This document shows positions 25,780-34,803 of a stretch of DNA of 64,000 nt, piece by piece (the first letter of the stretch is position 1; each line of letters starts with the position of its first letter). The stretch spans positions 1 through 64,000 of IMG/VR virus record IMGVR_UViG_3300029905_000002; one strand, 5' to 3'. The DNA is from a virus. Below the pieces are notes generated by a model. That model worked only from the letters and a program-made list of their open reading frames with translations. It had not been told where the DNA came from and did not search any database. Both the position numbers and the translations under genes were made by a program.

Positions 25780-28700
25780 ATGTACTTAAGTAAATACTAC
25801 ACTTGCGAAGAAATAGACCAACGGCTACTCCAGGGATACTTCGATGACTTCGTAAAAGCTGGATTTGTTGGCACTATTCAGGAGTTCTGGGCTTTTGTAC
25901 TTTCTATCTCAAACAAGGTAGATAAGAAAGAAGGCTACGGATTGTCTAAGAATGACTTTACCGATGAACTCTTAGAGAAATTGAATGGGATAGAAGAACA
26001 TGCTAATTATGTTACTAAAGTATCCCAGTTGGAAAATGACAAGAACTATCAAACTGCTGATGATGTTAAAACGGCCATCTCCAATTTGGTAGATGGAGCA
26101 GATGATGCTCTTGATACTCTTAAGGAATTAGCAGAGGCTTTGGGTAATGATCCAAACTTTGCTACTACTATTACAAATAAACTTACGGCTCTGAGAAATG
26201 AGTTGTTAGAAGAGGTTAATCGGGCTACTGCTGCTGAAACCGATCTAGACAACAAAATTATTCAGTTACGTACCGATATAACCAATATTTTCAAGGATCT
26301 TGAGCAAAAGCTTACTCTGGTAATTCAAGATATTAATACTAAAATTGATAACTTGAATACCAGAGTTGATGAAGATATTGCTAATCTGGCTGCTTATAAA
26401 ACCGAAATGGCTACCACGGTTGCCAACGCTCGAGCTGAAGCTAAGGCTTATACTGATGCAGAAACTACTCGGGCAAAAGAAGCAGAAGCTGCTTTAGCTC
26501 AAGCAGACCATGATCTCAAGGTTCAACATACTAGGGATAAGGCCGAACTTCAGGCATCCATTGCTGCAGAAACTGCTGCAAGAGAACAAGCAGATCAGAA
26601 TATCACTAATTCCTTAGCTGCAGAACAACAATCAAGAATTTCAGAAGATGCAGCTATACGCCAAGAATTTGCCAAAGCAGATCAGCAAATTAAGGATACT
26701 TATGTACCTTACGTAAATGTAAGTACTACTGAGTTACCTAACCGTAAAGCAATTATATTACCATCTTATGGAGATGTAATCCTTGCTACTGGTCCTGATG
26801 GAACTCAATATTCTTTGGCTCAGCTTAATCGTTGGGGAATTATGGACTTTGGTAATCCTGCTTTCCCTCTTAATTTAAATGTTCCTGCAGGAGATAGACC
26901 TACTGTTCAAGAGGCTGGACAATCTGGTGAGGAAGCTCATGACTTGGCATATCTTGAAGATGTCCAGAAATGGTTTGGTAAGATTGATATCCCGGCTCAG
27001 TACCAGGATGCTGCAGTAGTTCAGTTGATTCCTACTCTTGAGCAATCCTATATTGATGATTTAGGCAATCCTGATACCATCAATGGAGAACCCTTCAATG
27101 CTACATCAAATACTTATAAGATTGGGGATCCCTATCTGTCAATTGCTTACTTTGATGAAGCTTTGGTAATGCACTATCATCTGTATAATGCAAACAACTC
27201 TTACAATGTTGGAGCTGTATTCTATGCAATGATGGATTATGCCAAGAAAAACCAAGAAGACCATGATGCAATTAGACAGGAAATCAAGGATTCACAGACT
27301 TCGACTGATAACATCAAAGATGAACTCCTTACCGCGATTCAGGAAGAAGCAAAGGCTAGAGAAGAAGCTGACCAGGCTTTGGATGATAAGAAGGTTGATA
27401 AGAAGGAAGGATATGATCTTTCAAAGAATGACTTTACTGATGAGCTTCTAGAAAAACTGAATGGCATTGAGGAAGGAGCAAATAAGATCACTGCCTTGTC
27501 TCAGCTTCTCAATGATACTGATTTCCAAAATAGTACTCAAGTAAACGAAGCTATTGAAAAGGTTATTGGTTCTGCTCCCGAAGTACTTGATACTCTGGAA
27601 GAGATTGCCAAAGCTCTGGGAGATGATCCTAACTTCTCAGCAACTATTACTAAGAAGTTAGCAGCTCTGGCTGAGGATATTAATTCTGAGGAAGAAGCCC
27701 GTATTGCTGCGGATACCCAACTTCAAACCAATATCGATAATCTTGGTACACAAACTGATACTAAGCTTACTCAGCTCAGTAATCAGTTCCAAACTAAGAT
27801 TGATACCGAAGCTCAGACTCGTCAGGAAGCCGACCAGGCTCTTCAGAAAGGTCTTACCAATGAGGCTACTGAAAGGCAGGCTTCCGTCAATCAGTTAACT
27901 CAGGCCTTAACCCAGGAATACTCAGATCGTCAATCTGCTGACCAGAATCTCCAAACCCAGATTACCCAGCTTGCCAATAACATGGCTGATCAAGGTACAT
28001 CCCTGATTGAGTATGTAAATGGTATTCGGGATACTTTGCAGAAGGGTATTACCGATAACACTAAACTTATTAATACCAATACTGCTAATATCCAACGTAA
28101 TTTAGAACTCATCCAGGGTCTTCAGGAAACGGTAAATAGTACGGTAGATAACGTAACTAACCTTCTGAATCGCCTTGAACAAGAGATCAAAGATCGGAAG
28201 GATGCTGATACAATTCTTCAGGGTAATATCGATACAGTAGCTACGAACTTGGCAACTGAAACTGCTAATCGAATCGCTGCTGACCAGGTACTCCAGGATA
28301 ATATCGATAAGCTTCAGCAAGATACTCAAACGTCCATTAGGGAATTAGAGCAAAAGCATGATACCGAGATGGCTCAGGAAATTGCTAATAGGCAAGCTGC
28401 TGATAAAGCCATCCAAGATCAAATTGATACATTCCCTGATAATATAAGGGTTAATGAGGCAATTACTACTCGTGATGCTAGTCAAATAGTAGTTACTTAT
28501 ACTTATAAATATAAGGATGCTCAGAAAAAGTACACTGGAGAGAATACTAATCCTGTCACTTTACCAGCTGTTACATCTACTTTAGCAGGTCTTATGACTG
28601 CTGAAGATAAGAATAAGCTTGAGCAGGTAATAGTGGATTTAGCCACTGAAACCAATAATCGTATTAATCAGGATAATATCCTTCAGGATAATATCGATAC

Positions 28701-28824
28701 TCTGTCCCAAACTCATCAAGACGATATTGAGGCTCTCCAGAATATGATTCAATCTCAGGAACAGAGAATTCAACAACTTGAAAAGTTAGTAGCTGAATTG
28801 TATGCTGCTTTAACTCTTAAATAA
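25780..28824 (+). CDS. long coiled-coil fiber protein with an internal duplication
   Basis: 1014 aa. The fiber-type block KKEGYxLSKNDFTDELLEKLNGIEE...LDTLxExAxALGxDPNF occurs twice. Long heptad-like Q/A/E/D-rich stretches. AGLMTAEDKNKLE motif. Confidence 0.75.
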   Translation: MYLSKYYTCEEIDQRLLQGYFDDFVKAGFVGTIQEFWAFVLSISNKVDKKEGYGLSKNDFTDELLEKLNGIEEHANYVTKVSQLENDKNYQTADDVKTAISNLVDGADDALDTLKELAEALGNDPNFATTITNKLTALRNELLEEVNRATAAETDLDNKIIQLRTDITNIFKDLEQKLTLVIQDINTKIDNLNTRVDEDIANLAAYKTEMATTVANARAEAKAYTDAETTRAKEAEAALAQADHDLKVQHTRDKAELQASIAAETAAREQADQNITNSLAAEQQSRISEDAAIRQEFAKADQQIKDTYVPYVNVSTTELPNRKAIILPSYGDVILATGPDGTQYSLAQLNRWGIMDFGNPAFPLNLNVPAGDRPTVQEAGQSGEEAHDLAYLEDVQKWFGKIDIPAQYQDAAVVQLIPTLEQSYIDDLGNPDTINGEPFNATSNTYKIGDPYLSIAYFDEALVMHYHLYNANNSYNVGAVFYAMMDYAKKNQEDHDAIRQEIKDSQTSTDNIKDELLTAIQEEAKAREEADQALDDKKVDKKEGYDLSKNDFTDELLEKLNGIEEGANKITALSQLLNDTDFQNSTQVNEAIEKVIGSAPEVLDTLEEIAKALGDDPNFSATITKKLAALAEDINSEEEARIAADTQLQTNIDNLGTQTDTKLTQLSNQFQTKIDTEAQTRQEADQALQKGLTNEATERQASVNQLTQALTQEYSDRQSADQNLQTQITQLANNMADQGTSLIEYVNGIRDTLQKGITDNTKLINTNTANIQRNLELIQGLQETVNSTVDNVTNLLNRLEQEIKDRKDADTILQGNIDTVATNLATETANRIAADQVLQDNIDKLQQDTQTSIRELEQKHDTEMAQEIANRQAADKAIQDQIDTFPDNIRVNEAITTRDASQIVVTYTYKYKDAQKKYTGENTNPVTLPAVTSTLAGLMTAEDKNKLEQVIVDLATETNNRINQDNILQDNIDTLSQTHQDDIEALQNMIQSQEQRIQQLEKLVAELYAALTLK

Positions 28825-28832
28825 TCAGAACT

Positions 28833-30350
28833 ATGGCTTTAGTAAATTTTAAGAAAGGAACTCAGGCAGATTACGAAGGTAATCTTTCGACCTATTCAAC
28901 CTACATTTATGTAGCTGAAGATACTCGCAATGTATACCTCTTTGGTGTACTGCAGCAAGGTATCTCCGATGAGATTTATCGAAAGCTTGTTGCTTTCGAT
29001 AATTCTGTACTCAATGTAATTAATGCTCAGAAGAACGTTGCCAACGGCATTGCTGGCTTGGATGATGAAGGTAAAATCGATCCTTCTCTTATCAAGGGCG
29101 TAATTGGCCACGTACTGGGCTTGGAAAATTTCGTTACTGAGAATCCTACTCCGGTAGAAGATGGTAAGTACTACTTTAACACTACCACCAAGAAAATCAT
29201 CGAAGGTGTAGATGGTATCTGGGAAGAAACTGATCCCCAATCTCAGATACTGTATAACCGTAGAGGTGCTGATGATCAAGGCCGTACTAATGTACTGTAT
29301 CGTTGGGATGGTGCTGCTATGACGGAGGTTTCTCCCTCTATCGTAATCGGTACTGTAACTGGTACTGCCTACGATGGTGGCCAGGGCCAAGCTAACCGTG
29401 ATGCTTTGAATGCTATGAGCAATACGGTAGTTACTGGCTTCGGTTTGGTAACTCCGGATGCTACTCAGATCAACATTGCTTTCACTGATGCAGATAAGAA
29501 TACCGGCAATAATCAGTATGCTGCTGGTGATGGTGGTAATATTACTATCCCTGCTGCTACTGGTACTGCTGCTGGTTTGATGTCTGCAGCTGATAAAGTT
29601 GCATTGGATACTTTAGCCGGTGATGGAGAAGGATCTTTGGCTGATATAGCTGCTGACTTGGCTGCTCTAGATGCAAAGATCGGTGAATTGGGTTCTCTGA
29701 CCACCGATGCTAAGAATACTATAGTAGCTGCTATCAACGAAGTAGATGCTCATGCAGATGCTGCTCAAGCGGCTGTAGATGCTTTGGATGCTGCTGTAGT
29801 TAAACAGATCAAGGTTGGTACTGGTACTGCTCAGAATCCTACTGGAGGCTTGGTAACTATTGCTAATGCTACTGCCGAAGCTGATGGTGCAATGGCTAAG
29901 GAAGACAAGGCAAAAGTAGATAAGATTATTAATAATGGAGATGGTACTCAGTTCTTGGCAAATGATGGTACTTATAAGACCATTGAGATGGAACTTTCTG
30001 AGGATTATGCTGCTTCCGAATCCGTTAATCTTGAATTGGAACCTGCTGCTGGAGATTCTTATGAAACTGCTATCAGTAAACTTCACAAGGCAATCTTGGA
30101 CAATGAGGAAGTAACGGCTAAGGCTTTTGTAAACTTCCAAACTGTATTGGGAGTTGAGAATCCTAATATGACCATGCCGGATCTTTCTGATACGAATTAT
30201 CTGAATGGTCAAACTCAGTTTGTAGCTGCTCTCAAGGCTTTGGACACTGCTCTAAAGACGGTTGCAGATCAGGCTGCAGAGATTACAGATCTTGAGGCTA
30301 GAGTTCTTGCTCTCGAACAAGCTCTTACTCTTAAGACTGTTGGTGCTTAA
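28833..30350 (+). CDS. tail fiber protein
   Basis: 505 aa. Motifs AAGLMSAADKVALD and ADGAMAKEDKAKVDK. The N-terminus MALVNFKKG...VYLFGVL is shared with the DGR target gene. Confidence 0.7.
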   Translation: MALVNFKKGTQADYEGNLSTYSTYIYVAEDTRNVYLFGVLQQGISDEIYRKLVAFDNSVLNVINAQKNVANGIAGLDDEGKIDPSLIKGVIGHVLGLENFVTENPTPVEDGKYYFNTTTKKIIEGVDGIWEETDPQSQILYNRRGADDQGRTNVLYRWDGAAMTEVSPSIVIGTVTGTAYDGGQGQANRDALNAMSNTVVTGFGLVTPDATQINIAFTDADKNTGNNQYAAGDGGNITIPAATGTAAGLMSAADKVALDTLAGDGEGSLADIAADLAALDAKIGELGSLTTDAKNTIVAAINEVDAHADAAQAAVDALDAAVVKQIKVGTGTAQNPTGGLVTIANATAEADGAMAKEDKAKVDKIINNGDGTQFLANDGTYKTIEMELSEDYAASESVNLELEPAAGDSYETAISKLHKAILDNEEVTAKAFVNFQTVLGVENPNMTMPDLSDTNYLNGQTQFVAALKALDTALKTVADQAAEITDLEARVLALEQALTLKTVGA

Positions 30351-30428
30351 ACCTAAATACTTTAACTATTGGAAGGAGGGCGGGATCTCAAAGGTTTCAC
30401 CTTCTTTTTGTTTAATCATTAGTAAGTT

Positions 30429-31208
30429 ATGAAATGGATACAGATAAATCAGACATCTATTGGAGCCCAAGATTATAATTTGGTAGAGAAAGTTGGAGAG
30501 GATGTGAATGTATTTTCTCCTAGTCTTTATAAGGCTATTGATTTAGGCTTACCAAGTGGACTTTTATGGGCTGATAGGAATATAGGAGCTGCTACTCCCG
30601 AGGATGGTGGCTTATATTTCCAATGGGGAGATACCCAAGGATATACGGCCGAGCAAGTAGGTGACGGGGAAGGATTAAAGGCATTTAGTTGGACTGATTA
30701 TAAGTGGAGTGTTGATGGTTCTTCAGATAACTTCTCGAAATACAATAATACGGACAATAAAACGGTTCTCGATTCAGAGGATGATGCAGCACATGTAAAT
30801 ATGGGTGGAAATTGGAGAATGCCAACATCCGATGAATACAAGGAATTGTGTCTTAATACTGACATTTACTTAGTTCTGACAGAGGGTGAAGAAATACAAG
30901 GCACTGCACAAGAGCAAAGCGGAAGAGTAATGATTAACTGGGCGTCTCAGGCAGAAGGAACTTTGAAAGGTGTTAAATTCTATAAGAAGGGCGACAAACA
31001 AACATATATGTTTGTTCCTGTTTCTAGTGTAGCTTACGATGGCCCTATTCAGGATGTCGGTGAGGACGGCGCCTTGTGGTCTTCTTCGCTTCGTTCTTCA
31101 GATGTTCAAGATGCGTGGGACTTCGGCTTCAATGCGGGCTACGGCGGCATCGTCGGCGGCTTTCGGTTCATCGGTATTTCCGTTCGTGGAGTTAAAGAAA
31201 CAATTTAA
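30429..31208 (+). CDS. FISUMP (Fibrobacter succinogenes major paralogous) domain protein
   Basis: GLLWADRNIGA, GLYFQWGD, GGNWRMPTSDEYKEL, LWSSS and a GISVRGVKE end match the TIGR02145-type pattern. Confidence 0.65.
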   Translation: MKWIQINQTSIGAQDYNLVEKVGEDVNVFSPSLYKAIDLGLPSGLLWADRNIGAATPEDGGLYFQWGDTQGYTAEQVGDGEGLKAFSWTDYKWSVDGSSDNFSKYNNTDNKTVLDSEDDAAHVNMGGNWRMPTSDEYKELCLNTDIYLVLTEGEEIQGTAQEQSGRVMINWASQAEGTLKGVKFYKKGDKQTYMFVPVSSVAYDGPIQDVGEDGALWSSSLRSSDVQDAWDFGFNAGYGGIVGGFRFIGISVRGVKETI

Positions 31209-31221
31209 AATATAAAACAAT

Positions 31222-33072
31222 ATGGCATATGTAAATTTCTGGAAGGGTCTAGAAGCGAATTATAATTCGGAGACTCATAAAGATGGTATTTACCAATGTA
31301 CCGATACTGGTAATACCTATATATTTGGAGTTCTTAATAAGAATTCTATTGGGTATGAGGATAAATATTGCATTGCAGAGTGGTCTGATGATCCTAATCA
31401 ATTAGAAATTCTAAATCTCCAAGGAGATTTAGAATTTGCTCGTGACTACCATCCTGTATTAGTAGATACTCGGGATAATCAGAACGAGACAACTAAAATA
31501 GTTGGTATGTTGATGGATAACAACATTTTGAGATTTTCGGATGGATCATTTGCTCCTGCTGTTTGTATTACACCTGAAAGAAAGGCTGAATGTGATGTAG
31601 AGCTTTATTTAGACCCTGATCATACTCAAAAATACTGTGATGCTGGTACTTTTAATCCCGTAGATTTTTATAATGAATACGGGATGGCCGATTTGTATGA
31701 TATAAATGGTAATAAAGTTAATGTATTACGTCCCTGGGAAACTACAGAAACTTATTATTCGAATATGATCACTAGATCTTCAACGGTTTATCATTTAGAT
31801 CGTCAAAAAGGAGCTTCTGGTAGAATTTGGAGTGGAATATTCGGTAGGCCAGTAAATTGGGATGGTATAGATATTACAGAATTTAAACTAGTACCAACAG
31901 GTCTTTCAGCATCTAAGTGTTGTACTATAGATGGTAAATTGAGATCTTTTTATTATCTCTTTGAGGCAGATCATGCTAATTGTAAATCTAATAAGACTTT
32001 GGATGGTATAGATGTAGTTGGTACTACTAAAGCAGTATTTCCTAGAATTTCTGATATTTCTCAAATTACTGCTATGAACTATGCTCGGGCTAATAATTCA
32101 GATCCTACGAAACCTTATCCATTTGCAGAAGGAGGTTTGCCGGCTTTGTTGGTATTTTCTACTTGTTTGGAGATCTACAATAAGACCAAAAATATCACTG
32201 GTATTTACGGTAGTGGTAGTTCTTCTAATGACAATATTGATGTAGATACTGTTGAAGATAAAGGTGGTCTTAGGATTAATGGTACCTCAGTTCTCAAGTT
32301 TAATCAGAATATTACTTATGGTGATGGTAATGTAAATTATTTATCATATTATCTTTCGAGTTATAAACCTCTATTTCCCTGTATGGAGCCCATTGTAGCA
32401 GCTTCTTATGCTAATGAAAGGAAGATTGCAGATGGAGAATGGTTTGAATTCTATGGTAATCAATATAAGGTTACTAGAATTTACCCAGATAAACTTGATT
32501 GCATTGTAATCAAGAAAATATCTTTTACTAAAGGGTCAGATAATATGGAGCTCTTTATTAGGGCTTCTATTACTTTTGGGGCTAATTATATGGGAGATAT
32601 TTGGGCTTATGTAGGAGGTGGATATGAAACGGTGGGTACTTGTAGTAATGTAACTCCAGGAGCTAATGGTGTTGGTCAAACTAATGAATGTTATATTCAA
32701 TATGATCAAACTCAATGGCATAGTGAAACTGCAATATATAAGGATGATTTGGGTAAGTTTGATTTTGAATCTACTTATAAGAAGGTTTCTACTTTCCAAG
32801 ATATATCAGACGGATGGAGAGATGATCGTATCCCAAATACTCCCTGTTCAGTTACACGAGTTTCAAATAGTCAACAAGGAGATAGCTTCTATAACTGGAT
32901 GAATAATTATTGGGGAACAGTATTGAATAGGAGAGTCAGACGAGAAATGGCAATGTTTGCGAGGTCGTCCTTTGCAGAATGTTCTCTTCGTACTTGTGAT
33001 CTGAACGATCCTGTTTCTCATACTAACCTCAACATTTCTTGCCTTGCCCAAGCCCAATTAGACTTAGGTTAA
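31222..33072 (+). CDS. DGR target protein: tail fiber/receptor-binding protein with a C-terminal variable region
   Basis: The N-terminus MAYVNFWKG...TYIFGVL is homologous to fiber 28833..30350. The last ~38 codons contain the VR. Confidence 0.85.
   Translation: MAYVNFWKGLEANYNSETHKDGIYQCTDTGNTYIFGVLNKNSIGYEDKYCIAEWSDDPNQLEILNLQGDLEFARDYHPVLVDTRDNQNETTKIVGMLMDNNILRFSDGSFAPAVCITPERKAECDVELYLDPDHTQKYCDAGTFNPVDFYNEYGMADLYDINGNKVNVLRPWETTETYYSNMITRSSTVYHLDRQKGASGRIWSGIFGRPVNWDGIDITEFKLVPTGLSASKCCTIDGKLRSFYYLFEADHANCKSNKTLDGIDVVGTTKAVFPRISDISQITAMNYARANNSDPTKPYPFAEGGLPALLVFSTCLEIYNKTKNITGIYGSGSSSNDNIDVDTVEDKGGLRINGTSVLKFNQNITYGDGNVNYLSYYLSSYKPLFPCMEPIVAASYANERKIADGEWFEFYGNQYKVTRIYPDKLDCIVIKKISFTKGSDNMELFIRASITFGANYMGDIWAYVGGGYETVGTCSNVTPGANGVGQTNECYIQYDQTQWHSETAIYKDDLGKFDFESTYKKVSTFQDISDGWRDDRIPNTPCSVTRVSNSQQGDSFYNWMNNYWGTVLNRRVRREMAMFARSSFAECSLRTCDLNDPVSHTNLNISCLAQAQLDLG
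32957..33051 (+). repeat. DGR variable repeat (VR)
   Basis: 95 nt matching TR at a constant offset of 253. The 5 mismatches (32969, 32972, 32998, 33007, 33019) are all opposite TR adenines. Confidence 0.9.
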
Positions 33073-33087
33073 GATTCCGCAGGAATC
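33073..33087 (+). promoter_or_regulatory. Hairpin immediately 3' of VR and the stop codon
   Basis: gattcc-gca-ggaatc, a 6-bp stem beginning 1 nt after the TAA. The position is analogous to the DGR target-recognition hairpin. Confidence 0.5.
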
Positions 33088-33209
33088 TATAGTTATAGTG
33101 AGCGCAGCGAACATTAAAAATCTTAAGGGCTCCTAACAAGAGTAACATTGGGATTACTCCTCTGAAGTAGGACACTTAAGTTGGAAAAATGGATGGGTAT
33201 AGCGAGATC

Positions 33210-33304
33210 TTGCGAGGTCGTACTATGCAGAATGTTCTCTTCGTACTTGTAATCTGAACAATCCTGTTTCTAATACTAACCTCAACATTTCTTGCCTTGC
33301 CCAA
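33210..33304 (+). repeat. DGR template repeat (TR)
   Basis: Noncoding copy of VR with about 23 adenines. In the VR frame it reads LARSYYAECSLRTCNLNNPVSNTNLNISCLAQ, rich in AAY codons. Confidence 0.9.
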
Positions 33305-33442
33305 AATGGGAACTTAAATGGCCGTACCTATTCATACTCAGAAGTAGTAAACTATAAGACAACCTACTCAGGATACTTATCGATTGGGGTATGTATTAGA
33401 GGAGTAGGTCCTACCTATGGTAGGATAAAGCCCATTCTTTAT

Positions 33443-34798
33443 ATGTTAGAAAATATAATAACTAAAGAACTCGTAGATCAGGCCATTGTCAAAGCTAGTA
33501 AACATAAACTAAATCGTTCAGAAGTACAGAAGGCTTTAAAAAACAAAGAGAGATTATCTGATCGACTTTATGAAAGTATTCTGGATGGTACTTATTCTAA
33601 ATATATTAGGTATACAGACAGAATAAAAATCGGTCACAATAAAAAAGTAAGGCATATTAAAATGCCATCCTTTAAAACTCTAAGCCTTCAGCACCTCTGT
33701 ATCTTCATGATAAAAAGGTTTTATGATAGAGTAGATAATTTAAATGGTTTAAACTGTAAAGAGGGTTGTGGTATAACTTCTAAGAATCGAAGAAAATCTG
33801 TTTTGAAACGAGTTAAACATATCTTCTTTGATAAGAGAGATGCTAATTACTTATTAATCATCGATCAAAGGAAATGTTATGAGCATATATCTCCCAGTAT
33901 ATTTAGGGCTCAAGCTAAGAAGTTAATACCTGACCATGAGCTTATAGATTTTATAATATCGGTATGTTTCTTTAATAAGAAATTACCTATTGGAGCTCCA
34001 ACATCTTCTCTTATACATCATGTTATTATGTTAAGATCTGATTATTTTGTTCGGAGTTTAGTGGGTATGAAAGGTTCTGTGAGATATGCCGATGATAATC
34101 TAATAGCCTTTGATACAAAAGAAAATGCTAATACTGCTAAGTGGAGAATTATGAACTTTTGGTGGTATGAGTATAAAATAAGGAATAAATCATTAACTAC
34201 TCGTGTAATACCTATCATTCAGAAGAACATAGATTTTTGTGGATTTGTATTTAATCGAAACTTAGGTAAGAAGATTACGGATCATAATAAAGGCTATGTT
34301 AAAATACGATGTGATACTCTTACTAGATTAACTAGAGTAAAGGATATAAAAGCTTTACCAGCTTATTTGGGCTTAATAAAACAATCTGATTCGTATAATT
34401 TTTTAAAACATTCAAGCGAACATAATATGAAGTTACTTGAATTAACCCGTAAAATTAAGATTGAACGTAAGTTTGATGCCGATAACATAGACATAAAAGA
34501 TCTGATAGGGAAATCTTTTGTCTTGATAGATTATGAGATTCGAGAAAAAGATAATAAACCTAGTTGGATGAAATGTTTGGTTGGGTTAACTAAAGATGTT
34601 AGTAAATCTAGGAAAGAAGTAAGGGTTTATGAATTTCATGGAAATTTTCAATACTTGATGAGATATCTTTTAGAGATAGAGAAGAAGTTAAGTAGGGAAG
34701 ATTTTTTACCTATTACTGATTGTAGTATAGAAGATAGGTGTGGTTATATCTTTAAAGGTAGTACTAAAGTAATCGATTATATAAACTTAAAATCTTAA
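33443..34798 (+). CDS. DGR reverse transcriptase
   Basis: Motifs IIDQRKCYEHI, LPIGAPTSS and RYADDNLIAF. It lies 140 nt downstream of TR. At 451 aa it has about 130 aa beyond the RT/thumb region. Confidence 0.85.
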   Translation: MLENIITKELVDQAIVKASKHKLNRSEVQKALKNKERLSDRLYESILDGTYSKYIRYTDRIKIGHNKKVRHIKMPSFKTLSLQHLCIFMIKRFYDRVDNLNGLNCKEGCGITSKNRRKSVLKRVKHIFFDKRDANYLLIIDQRKCYEHISPSIFRAQAKKLIPDHELIDFIISVCFFNKKLPIGAPTSSLIHHVIMLRSDYFVRSLVGMKGSVRYADDNLIAFDTKENANTAKWRIMNFWWYEYKIRNKSLTTRVIPIIQKNIDFCGFVFNRNLGKKITDHNKGYVKIRCDTLTRLTRVKDIKALPAYLGLIKQSDSYNFLKHSSEHNMKLLELTRKIKIERKFDADNIDIKDLIGKSFVLIDYEIREKDNKPSWMKCLVGLTKDVSKSRKEVRVYEFHGNFQYLMRYLLEIEKKLSREDFLPITDCSIEDRCGYIFKGSTKVIDYINLKS

Positions 34799-34803
34799 TA
34801 AGT

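Noticed and set aside
31055-31190. The A-poor patch as a second VR of the DGR template at 33210-33304.
   Set aside because: No nucleotide or in-frame peptide similarity to the TR could be aligned by eye. It is kept only as a compositional anomaly.
32930-32956. Possible upstream extension of the VR/TR homology.
   Set aside because: At the same 253-nt offset, the bases immediately 5' of 32957/33210 mismatch at non-adenine positions. Shared aaatgg strings lie at a different offset.
33443-34798. The RT as a retron or group II intron RT rather than a DGR RT.
   Set aside because: The adjacent TR/VR pair with exclusively adenine-specific differences explains it. I saw no intron-like flanking RNA domains and no msr/msd-type inverted repeats next to it.
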